From the UHGV virus genome UHGV-1564381: a DNA stretch of 12,068 bases, one strand, 5' to 3'. Source of the stretch: a virus. Shown piece after piece: positions 1 to 6,808 of the stretch (position 1 is its first letter; the number at the start of each line of letters is the position of its first letter). Under the pieces are notes generated by a model that was not told the origin of the DNA, made no database searches, and saw only the letters and a program-made list of their open reading frames with translations. Both the position numbers and the translations under genes were made by a program.

Positions 1-120
1 GAAAGTCCTAGAAATAAAAGCGAGATCGTCGAAGGTGTTCCCTAAATAAATAATTAATTCCGGCTTTTAACCTTATATATTTATACGGGGTTGAATTGAA
101 AGAGTATTAAATGAGTGGCG

Positions 121-153
121 TGTAAAATAATAACCGGACTTAGCCGGTTATTA
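121..153 (-). terminator. Putative rho-independent terminator ending the leftward gene block
   Basis: Perfect 10-bp inverted repeat TAATAACCGG (128-137) / CCGGTTATTA (144-153) with a 6-nt loop, starting 14 nt past the stop of the 167..466 gene. On the minus strand the stem is followed directly by TTTTACA (plus 121-127), extending a U-rich 3' arm. Confidence 0.55.
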
Positions 154-166
154 CCCTTATAGGAAT

Positions 167-466
167 TTACATCTTTTTTGCATAGTTCCTGATTTCTTTT
201 ATTATATATTCCTGAAAACGCTCCGAGTTTTCGCATTTGTCTTTCGAAGGCTCATCAAGTCCCAACTTGCATCCCGCAACGGTCAGTCCATCTTGATATG
301 CAGCGCCTAAAGCCATGCTTAGGTCTAACATGCACAAATCGTAGTCTTCCGCCTTTGAACACAACTCTGTAGAGACACGTTGCACTCGTTCAATGCTATT
401 TTCTTGAGAAAATGCGGAAGAGCTAAAAATGAAAGTTAAGAATGTGAATGCTGCTACAGTTTTCAT
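167..466 (-). CDS. Small exported cysteine-containing protein, function unknown
   Basis: 99-aa ORF with ATG start. N-terminus MKTVAAFTFLTFIFSSSAFSQ looks like a Sec signal peptide (basic residue, hydrophobic core, small residues before the cut). Four Cys in the mature part. AGGA lies about 8 nt upstream of the ATG; 9-nt gap after the upstream gene. Confidence 0.6.
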   Translation of the reverse strand: MKTVAAFTFLTFIFSSSAFSQENSIERVQRVSTELCSKAEDYDLCMLDLSMALGAAYQDGLTVAGCKLGLDEPSKDKCENSERFQEYIIKEIRNYAKKM

Positions 467-475
467 ATCAATATC

Positions 476-997
476 CTAAAACGGTAAAATTCGTTCAACC
501 CAATCGAAGAAAACAAGAATTTTTCTGCCGTCTTTCAACTTAAGTGTGACTAGGCAGGCATCCACGCCATCTGACGTTCCCTCAATTTCGCGGCCGTCTG
601 CCATGTAGACCCTTATAGATTGGCCGTTTTGATAAGCCTTGCGACATATCTTAAAAAAGTCACGACGTGATGGCTGATTAACCATCTGTTCATTGTTTAG
701 CGTTAGTCGACCTGTGAATGAAGTGTCAACCTCTTCTATGCCCGACTCAATTGTGCTAATGCGTTCAAGAGGGAGCCTTATACGATTTGTGTTGCTAAGC
801 GGATCTGGTGTGAGGTTCAGCTTATTTCTTGCGCTCAATAGCCCGTAGACATACATGCAAAACACTTGGCCGTCTTCGAGAGTGACTCTTACAGGAAATT
901 TTGCACTCCGCCAGAAGAGCAAGGCGCGCTCAGCATGTTCGTAGTCTCGCGGCCAGACTTCAGCCGGTATGCCGTAGGTGATGTCCAATGTTCTCAT
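476..997 (-). CDS. Hypothetical protein, 173 aa
   Basis: Long ORF with ATG start whose start overlaps the stop of the upstream gene (ATGA on the minus strand at 994-997), indicating translational coupling. No motif recognised by eye. Confidence 0.55.
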   Translation of the reverse strand: MRTLDITYGIPAEVWPRDYEHAERALLFWRSAKFPVRVTLEDGQVFCMYVYGLLSARNKLNLTPDPLSNTNRIRLPLERISTIESGIEEVDTSFTGRLTLNNEQMVNQPSRRDFFKICRKAYQNGQSIRVYMADGREIEGTSDGVDACLVTLKLKDGRKILVFFDWVERILPF

Positions 998-1593
998 TCT
1001 GATACTCTTAGAGGTGTTTTCAGCAACCCAAATTTAAATTCTTTGTTACCAACGACAAAGAAGGGAACCTCAACATAGATTTTTTTATCGACGGATTTAG
1101 AGTTCGCTGTTTTCTGTATGTCACGAACGATACGTTTTGAGGTATTTTCATCGATAAACAATACCTTTCCACTTGTATTCCCTTCAGCCTTGGCGTAAGT
1201 AACGATAGGCTCTTCATTGCCAACCCTAATGTTTACTTGGCAACCTGTTGTAGCCATTTCATCACAGTAAAGTGTGCCGTCTTGAACTTCTAAAACAATT
1301 CCAGATGGCTTCATGGCTTCGTCAGAGCTTACATTAACGTTTTCTGGTACAGCGGTCCCGTTAATTTGCAACCGTAATCTTTCTTTTCCTCCATTAAGTA
1401 TTGTTTCTTCTGCGTTGTCTGAGAATCTGAACCAAACTGGCTGATTCAGACCTCGTGATTTGTATTCTACTACGTCTTCGGAGGTAAACATGCTGTACGT
1501 TTTTTGCATGTCAGAGACGAAATCTGATAATGCGTTGGCGGAAAACGCCGGGAGGCATATACAAGCAAGGAGTAACGAAAGTTTCATTTTCAT
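994..1593 (-). CDS. Exported protein with signal peptide (possibly lipoprotein), function unknown
   Basis: The ORF track opens at a TTG at 1608; the first in-frame ATG is at 1593 (another at 1587). From 1593 the N-terminus is MKMKLSLLLACICLPAFSANA: basic start, hydrophobic core, ANA cleavage-type site, and an LLAC that could alternatively be a lipobox. Start is 15 nt after the upstream stop. Confidence 0.55.
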   Translation of the reverse strand: MKMKLSLLLACICLPAFSANALSDFVSDMQKTYSMFTSEDVVEYKSRGLNQPVWFRFSDNAEETILNGGKERLRLQINGTAVPENVNVSSDEAMKPSGIVLEVQDGTLYCDEMATTGCQVNIRVGNEEPIVTYAKAEGNTSGKVLFIDENTSKRIVRDIQKTANSKSVDKKIYVEVPFFVVGNKEFKFGLLKTPLRVSE

Positions 1594-1608
1594 ATCATGA
1601 TAATCCAA

Positions 1609-2097
1609 TTATTTAACATCACACTTTCTAAGTTTTTCTATTTGTTCTAATTTTTCATGATCATCATTTAGATTTCCTTCGACTATCTCCGTTTCAAGTT
1701 TGCTGATTAGCATGTTAAGTGCGTTGTAGTTATTGCATTTTACTTTGTAGGCGTAGTATGACCTTGTCCCTGGTTTTTGTACACCCATATCATTAAAGTT
1801 AGAGCTTAAAGTATAACCTTCAAGTTCAACCCCTTTTATTGTTGGAAGAATTATATTAAATGGTTCTAATTTAAATGGGTAGATATAAATATGTGATATG
1901 AAGTACTCTTCTGAAGAGATTTTCTTCATGTCTTTTGTGATTGAAACTGAATATTTACGGTTCCGAGTGATATAAAATTTTGTACATTTGTACGGCTCTA
2001 AGTTGAATAGATAATATTTGTCTTTAAAAAGAGCATCTTTTCCATGTGATATTTTATGTCGTAAAGAGTTAATTATTTTGTTTATAGAAATACTCAT
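1609..2097 (-). CDS. Hypothetical protein, 162 aa, in AT-rich accessory DNA
   Basis: Uninterrupted ORF with ATG start; K/N/Y/I-rich product. Sampled GC is about 30%, against about 50-58% in the ParB/ABC operon. No recognisable motif. Confidence 0.5.
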   Translation of the reverse strand: MSISINKIINSLRHKISHGKDALFKDKYYLFNLEPYKCTKFYITRNRKYSVSITKDMKKISSEEYFISHIYIYPFKLEPFNIILPTIKGVELEGYTLSSNFNDMGVQKPGTRSYYAYKVKCNNYNALNMLISKLETEIVEGNLNDDHEKLEQIEKLRKCDVK

Positions 2098-2206
2098 CTA
2101 CAGTATCCGACCTTAGTTATCAATTGAAAAGCCTACAAATATCGTTCAGCCAATCAAGAAATTTTTTCAGCCGGAGGTGTGTACTTCAAAAAATGTGATG
2201 AATGTC

Positions 2207-2236
2207 ACATGCAGGTGCTCTCATACACCTGCATGT
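2207..2236. promoter_or_regulatory. Perfect 11-bp inverted repeat between two leftward genes (hairpin or operator)
   Basis: ACATGCAGGTG (2207-2217) and its exact reverse complement CACCTGCATGT (2226-2236) around an 8-nt loop, 6 nt past the stop of the 2243..2809 gene. On the minus strand a T6 run follows only after about 13 nt, so it is not a canonical intrinsic terminator. Confidence 0.3.
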
Positions 2237-2242
2237 AGACTA

Positions 2243-2809
2243 TTAATCATTCAATAATCTATATTTTCTTTTGATTAAATCTTCACCTTTTTTGGTGAAC
2301 ACAAAACCAAATTGCGATTTTTTGTTCAGCCTAAGGACTCTGTTATCCAACGCATCGGTTGATGGAATCAATGTTTGATCATCTATCCAATTAAGTAGCG
2401 TAAGAAAGTTCAGCAGCCTCAACGTTGTTGTGCGAAGCTCTTTCGATATATTTTCAATGCTGGCAATTCGTCTTTCTTTTTTCTCAGGTGGTACAGATAA
2501 TTGTTCTTGAGGTTTCGTGGGTAGATAATCAATTTCGTTTGCTGAATCGAATGATATGTGTGGCGTAATTTTGCTAAAAAAGCCTTTCGCTGACTCACTT
2601 GATAATAAACCAGACCTATTCATATCGTTTGTTATTCTGTACAGGAGTGGACTGTGTTTCATTTCAGGATAACGTTGATAAAAGTTAAGCAATTCAAAAG
2701 CAGCATTAGCACCAACAAGAAAATCAGAAGGATCGCTGACTTTCCAGAAAGAATGATTTTTCTTAGCGCCAGTGGTGTCAACAAATGATAATTCTTTTAA
2801 CCAACTCAT
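2243..2809 (-). CDS. Hypothetical protein, about 188 aa
   Basis: The ORF runs 2243..2842. I place the start at the internal ATG at 2809 (MSWLKEL...) because the minus strand reads GAAAGGAGCACATC-ATG there, a strong AAGGAG Shine-Dalgarno 6 nt upstream. The MMCSL... start at 2842 has none. GC is lower than the helicase and packaging genes. Confidence 0.55.
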   Translation of the reverse strand: MSWLKELSFVDTTGAKKNHSFWKVSDPSDFLVGANAAFELLNFYQRYPEMKHSPLLYRITNDMNRSGLLSSESAKGFFSKITPHISFDSANEIDYLPTKPQEQLSVPPEKKERRIASIENISKELRTTTLRLLNFLTLLNWIDDQTLIPSTDALDNRVLRLNKKSQFGFVFTKKGEDLIKRKYRLLND

Positions 2810-2874
2810 GATGTGCTCCTTTCTAACAAGTGAGCACATCATAGAATTAGTAGATAGGGGGTAAATATGAAATG

Positions 2875-3153
2875 TTACGGCAACCTGCTCAGTATTTCCT
2901 CTAGATCTTTTTTTGTCATATTGGAGTTCTCATAGATGCGCATGATTTTCTCACGCGTCTTAGCGGAAACCCCAACGGCAGATGTGACTTTGTCAAATTC
3001 AGCCATAGTCATCGTCTCCAGAATGGCATTGATAACTTCAGCCTTAGACATCTTGATTTTTTTCTCTTTGAGTTTTATTTGAAATTTTCCAAGTTTTTCA
3101 TTGGCCTTATCAGACAATGCCACTTGGCAATAAGTTGTTTTCTTTTCGCTCAT
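2875..3153 (-). CDS. Small putative DNA-binding protein (possibly ribbon-helix-helix-like)
   Basis: 92-aa ORF with ATG start 2 nt after the helicase stop. The N-terminal segment (TYCQVAL, then SDKANEKLGKF..., then MSKAEVINAILET) fits a strand-helix-helix pattern by eye only. Lys/Glu-rich. Confidence 0.4.
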   Translation of the reverse strand: MSEKKTTYCQVALSDKANEKLGKFQIKLKEKKIKMSKAEVINAILETMTMAEFDKVTSAVGVSAKTREKIMRIYENSNMTKKDLEEILSRLP

Positions 3154-3155
3154 AA

Positions 3156-4715
3156 CTAATCTCGTTTCAGAACTCCAAAATCGAATGCGCCATCAATAGG
3201 CAATACACCTTCTGCAAAGCCAGGTGTGGTGTCGATGATGTGTTTTCGCTCATAAGAGTGAGACAACAGGTATTTGTTGCTAATGTCAATGAAATCAGTG
3301 ATAAAACACACGTTTGCCTGATTTTTTTTTGCTCGTAAGCCACGACCGACACGCTGTCTCATTTCAACTTCTGCTTTCCCACCACCAGCAAGAATGACCG
3401 CGCCCACGCTTGGCACATCAACACCGACATCCAGAATAGTCGAGCCTATTAAAACATCTATTTCGCCAGACGCTAAACTGTTCAGCTTTGCTTGCCTTGT
3501 CGCCTGGTTCGATTCCCCATAAATGAAGTCAACTCTAAGGCCGGACTCCTTCATCATCTCCATCAGGATTTGCCCGTGGCGTTTAAGACGAACCAGAGTC
3601 ATACAATTGAGAGAATGTTGCTTATAGAGCAATGCTTCGCGCACAATGGCCTCGTTACGTCCCAAATTATACACGATCCCCAACTGATAAGCCTTTTGGT
3701 AGGCAGTGCTCATACCTACTCTAAAATTAAGGTGTTTGTTGGCAAGTTCCGCCTTGATTCTGACCTCGTCTGGCTTGTAAGCAACTTTATGATAAAGGAA
3801 GTACGGTTTTGCCAGAATGCCTCGATCAATCAGGTACTTTTCTGTGACTTTAATTTCAATTCGCCCGGCCACCGCCATCAGGCGCATGTTGGCTTCCGTC
3901 GAATCCTTCATGAACGGCGTGGCTGTAAGCGCCAGACGATAGTCTGCGTTCACACATAATCTGGCGATGTCATAGAAATTTGAGCCTGAAGACTCATGCG
4001 CCTCTTCCAGAATAAGAAGAGAGACACTTGAAAGGAAGCGTTTCACCAACTCCCGACGTTTGAGGTGGTAGCTTTTCTTATCTGGTGTTGCATCGCGTGG
4101 TGGTTCTTCGAGGAAACTTGCAAGAGTTTGAACTGTAGCGACGTTGATATGTCGTGATACCTGGAACTCACCCGAGCCAATGACTCCAACCTTTTGGTCT
4201 TTTAACCACGGTTCGCCATTTTCGGCGCGGTAGTCGATGGATCTCTGGAAGTTTTCGGCCATTTGAAACATCAGAACAGAGCGGGTTGTTAAAAATAATG
4301 TCATTCGACCGATACGTGCAGCTGCTTTGCAGGCAACGTTAGATTTCCCGCCACCAGTAGCGATCTGCGCAATCATCATTCCCTCTCGAACCAGTGTTTC
4401 CACAGTCTGATCCTGATATGCATAATCAGGATTGTATGGGAATGGGTTAACCGCCGGATTTGGTTTACCAAGCGCCGGGGCTTTGTCTTTGCGGATATGA
4501 ACACATTTGATGCCCGCCTTGTTCAAGTTCGCCGCTACAGGCTTGGCAAAGCCAGCAGGGAACGAGTTTTTACTCCAGTTGAACATCGTGCTTGTGCCCT
4601 TCCAGTCGCCAGTCTCGACTTCGTAGCTCAACATTTGCTGCACCAGTTGCTTTACCTTGTCATCTGCGCCAGAAATAAGCGCATTTACTGCGTTAGATAC
4701 AATCCGAACAGTCAT
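3156..4715 (-). CDS. Superfamily-2 DNA/RNA helicase (DEAD/DEAH-box, type III restriction Res-like ATPase core)
   Basis: 519-aa ORF with ATG start and upstream AAGGAAAGAGG. Motifs read in the translation: Walker A QIATGGGKS, motif II LLILEEAHE, motif III LTATPF, C-terminal helicase domain with motif VI QRVGRGLR. About 120 aa of N-terminal sequence precede the motor core. Confidence 0.85.
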   Translation of the reverse strand: MTVRIVSNAVNALISGADDKVKQLVQQMLSYEVETGDWKGTSTMFNWSKNSFPAGFAKPVAANLNKAGIKCVHIRKDKAPALGKPNPAVNPFPYNPDYAYQDQTVETLVREGMMIAQIATGGGKSNVACKAAARIGRMTLFLTTRSVLMFQMAENFQRSIDYRAENGEPWLKDQKVGVIGSGEFQVSRHINVATVQTLASFLEEPPRDATPDKKSYHLKRRELVKRFLSSVSLLILEEAHESSGSNFYDIARLCVNADYRLALTATPFMKDSTEANMRLMAVAGRIEIKVTEKYLIDRGILAKPYFLYHKVAYKPDEVRIKAELANKHLNFRVGMSTAYQKAYQLGIVYNLGRNEAIVREALLYKQHSLNCMTLVRLKRHGQILMEMMKESGLRVDFIYGESNQATRQAKLNSLASGEIDVLIGSTILDVGVDVPSVGAVILAGGGKAEVEMRQRVGRGLRAKKNQANVCFITDFIDISNKYLLSHSYERKHIIDTTPGFAEGVLPIDGAFDFGVLKRD

Positions 4716-4797
4716 AAACCTCTTTCCTTAGTGCCTTTTGTATGTTATTTGGCTATTATAATAAGTAAGTGATTACTTAGTGGATTGTAGCAATAAA
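4716..4797. promoter_or_regulatory. Divergent intergenic region between helicase and ParB-like operon; candidate bidirectional promoter
   Basis: 82-bp AT-rich spacer between divergent starts. Contains the palindromic octamer ATTATAAT (4755-4762), which reads as a consensus TATAAT -10 on both strands. No good -35 hexamer found at 16-18 bp spacing on either strand. Confidence 0.3.
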
Positions 4798-5478
4798 ATG
4801 GATGTAAAAATCACGATTTTGCAGGTTGATGTTGCCAACCTTCGCCCGAATACCTGGAACACCAATTCGGTTGGTGCGCAGAATTTTGAAAAACTGAAAG
4901 GTTCTATCGAAAAATTGGGCTTTTTTAAGCCAATTTTGGCTCGTGAACTTGAAGATGGATTTTTTGAAATCCTCGGCGGTGAACATCGCTGGCGTGCTGC
5001 TATTGAGCAAGGAATTTCAACGGTTCCGGTGCTTTCTGTGGGCAAAATTAGCGATGTCGTAGCTAAACAGATGTCACTGGTGGACAACGAGCGATACGGT
5101 GAAGACGACCAAATCGCATTGCAACGCTTCATTGAAGAAATTCAGTCAGAACTTGACTATCAACTGTCTGAAATCGCTCCGTATGACGACGAAATCTCGA
5201 TGGTTTTAGCAAAAGAGGCGGCAATCGACCTTGAAGCACTGGAGGCGTTGTCTCGTGGTAGTGATGAGCCTGTCGATACCGACAAACGAGAGAAAACCGA
5301 ACGTGTGGGTGCGGAACATCAGACCATGCGCTTCAAAGTAACTTTCGATGCGTCAGATCGTGTTGCAGAAACCATAAAAAACATCATCAAAGAGCAGGCT
5401 ATTAACACCGGTAATGAAATGGAGAACGCTGGTGAGGCTCTGGTGTGGCTGGTCGACTACTACAAGGAGCGTATGTAA
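4798..5478 (+). CDS. ParB/Srx-fold (ParB N-terminal domain-like) protein, paralog 1
   Basis: N-terminal ITILQVDVANLRPNTWNTN followed by ILGGEHRWRAAIEQGISTVPV matches the ParB/sulfiredoxin GxxRxxA signature. C-terminal half is strongly acidic. The ORF track opens at GTG 4780; ATG 4798 is chosen by analogy with the paralog's N-terminus. Stop TAA overlaps the next start (TAATG). Confidence 0.75.
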   Translation: MDVKITILQVDVANLRPNTWNTNSVGAQNFEKLKGSIEKLGFFKPILARELEDGFFEILGGEHRWRAAIEQGISTVPVLSVGKISDVVAKQMSLVDNERYGEDDQIALQRFIEEIQSELDYQLSEIAPYDDEISMVLAKEAAIDLEALEALSRGSDEPVDTDKREKTERVGAEHQTMRFKVTFDASDRVAETIKNIIKEQAINTGNEMENAGEALVWLVDYYKERM

Positions 5479-6146
5479 TGACCAAAAAGTTTGAAATCGT
5501 ATATCGCGACCCGGCAGATCTTATTCCCTATGAGATGAATGCCAAAAAGCATGATGAACAGCAGATCAGAGATCTGGCCGCAGCCATTAAAAAGCGCGGA
5601 TTTGACCAGCCAATTACGGTCGATAAGAACGACGTAATTATTACTGGCCACGGCCGCCGTGAGGCTGCAATTTTTGCTGGACTTGAGCGCGTACCGGTTA
5701 TTGTTCGCGATGATCTCAGTGATGACGAGGTTCGTGCGAAGCGCCTTGAAGATAACCGACTTGCCAGCATTGATTACGATGCAATTAAGCTACAGAAAGA
5801 GCTTGAGTCGCTTGTTCTGGACGATATCGAGGTTTTCGGCTTTGAAGAGCGTGAGTTGAATGTTCTCGTTGGCAGTATGACAGAAGAAATGGACACCGAC
5901 TCGCTAGTTATCGATCTTGGCGAAGAAACTAAACGACAGAAGGATGAACACACCGAGATCAGTCGTGAAGTTGCAGCGGAAGAAGTACGTGTTGTCGACG
6001 TATTGGGCTTTAAAACGCTCCCTGCTGGCTCTGCCATTGTTGTTGGTGATTTGCTTGCCCATATGGAAGAAATGACGGGAGAAAGCGGGGTAGACGCATT
6101 TGTGGCATATGCGGAGAAGATCTCTTCCGGGGAGATGGCTGCATGA
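5478..6146 (+). CDS. ParB/Srx-fold (ParB N-terminal domain-like) protein, paralog 2
   Basis: ATG at 5478 preceded by AGGAG (5464-5468); the track's GTG 5445 start is rejected. Motif ITGHGRREAAIFAGLERVPV fits the ParB/Srx signature. Same architecture as the upstream gene: ParB-like N-domain plus acidic C-terminal half. ATGA overlap with the downstream ATPase. Confidence 0.75.
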   Translation: MTKKFEIVYRDPADLIPYEMNAKKHDEQQIRDLAAAIKKRGFDQPITVDKNDVIITGHGRREAAIFAGLERVPVIVRDDLSDDEVRAKRLEDNRLASIDYDAIKLQKELESLVLDDIEVFGFEERELNVLVGSMTEEMDTDSLVIDLGEETKRQKDEHTEISREVAAEEVRVVDVLGFKTLPAGSAIVVGDLLAHMEEMTGESGVDAFVAYAEKISSGEMAA

Positions 6147-6808
6147 GCAAATACATCATCAACGTATCGTTTCAGACACGCGTAAATAAAACCACGCGCA
6201 CGTTGGAAATCGCTGAGTCGTTCGGGCTTGGCCTGGACGAAAAAGAGTGGACGCTTTACGACAATCTGGAGCTGGAAGTGAAGCAGGGCGATGTGGTGTA
6301 CATCACCGGCCAATCCGGTTCCGGCAAATCCGTTGTGCTGCGCGAGTTGCAACGACAGATGAAGGATGAAGGGCTGTCTGTAGCCTCCATCGATGATTTT
6401 ACCTTCGATAATGAGGTTAACGTCATCGATCAGTTGGGCAAAACGACCAGTGATGCGCTTGGGTTGTTATCTATGGCTGGTCTGAACGATGCATATCTGT
6501 TTGTTCGCAAGCCTTCTGAAATGTCAGACGGCCAGAAATATCGTCTCAAGATTGCCAAACTGATTGAGTCAGGCGCTAAAGTATGGGCTGCTGACGAGTT
6601 CGGCGCTGTTCTCGACCGTGTAACCGCTCAGGTTGTGGCGTCTAACCTCCAGCGTGCCGCTCGAAAGGTTGGTGCGACGGTAATGGTGGCGACGACTCAC
6701 GAAGACCTGAAGAACGCGCTGCGCCCTGATATGCAGATCACCAAGCACTACAAAGAACGCGTGAAGGTGGAATATCACAATGGTAGTCATGATGAGGTTC
6801 ATTTATGA
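6143..6808 (+). CDS. Stand-alone ABC-type ATPase (nucleotide-binding domain only)
   Basis: 221 aa. Walker A GQSGSGKS, ABC signature-like SDGQKYRLKIAKL, Walker B VWAADEF, D-loop AVLD, H-loop ATTHED, all in canonical order and spacing. GGGGAG RBS upstream. ATGA overlaps at both ends (6143-6146 and 6805-6808). Confidence 0.8.
   Translation: MSKYIINVSFQTRVNKTTRTLEIAESFGLGLDEKEWTLYDNLELEVKQGDVVYITGQSGSGKSVVLRELQRQMKDEGLSVASIDDFTFDNEVNVIDQLGKTTSDALGLLSMAGLNDAYLFVRKPSEMSDGQKYRLKIAKLIESGAKVWAADEFGAVLDRVTAQVVASNLQRAARKVGATVMVATTHEDLKNALRPDMQITKHYKERVKVEYHNGSHDEVHL

Noticed and set aside
866-1223. Plus-strand ORF 866..1078 and minus-strand ORF 1020..1223
   Set aside because: Short ORFs overlapping the well-supported minus-strand genes 476..997 and 994..1593 in other frames. 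No independent support.
3492-3959. 155-aa plus-strand ORF
   Set aside because: Lies wholly antisense within the helicase gene, whose motifs are unmistakable on the minus strand. No RBS, and the product is a low-complexity frame shadow.
4773-5132. Minus-strand ORFs 4773..5132 and 4777..5010; plus-strand 4497..4772
   Set aside because: These overlap the ParB-like paralog 1 gene or the helicase 5' end on the wrong strand and would run through the divergent promoter region. Products are low-complexity.
4780-5478. GTG start at 4780 for ParB-like paralog 1, and GTG at 5445 for paralog 2
   Set aside because: For paralog 2 the ATG at 5478 has an AGGAG RBS and a 1-nt stop/start overlap with the upstream gene. 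For paralog 1 neither start has a clear RBS, but the ATG at 4798 gives an N-terminus that parallels paralog 2. The upstream GTG and TTG starts in the ORF track are ORF-finder artefacts of longest-ORF extension.
5774-6352. 192-aa minus-strand ORF (also 5460..5651 and 5528..5770 minus, 5659..5859 plus)
   Set aside because: Antisense or alternative-frame ORFs inside the ParB-like and ABC ATPase genes. Ser/Arg-rich products typical of the wrong frame in GC-moderate coding DNA; the sense-strand genes carry clear motifs and coupled starts.
4798-6808. Interpreting the ParB-like genes plus ATPase as a classical ParAB plasmid-partition cassette
   Set aside because: The ATPase has ABC-type motifs (signature SDGQ, H-loop) rather than the ParA deviant Walker A, there are two ParB-like genes rather than one, and a GNAT gene is coupled in the same operon. 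An atypical partition role is not excluded.
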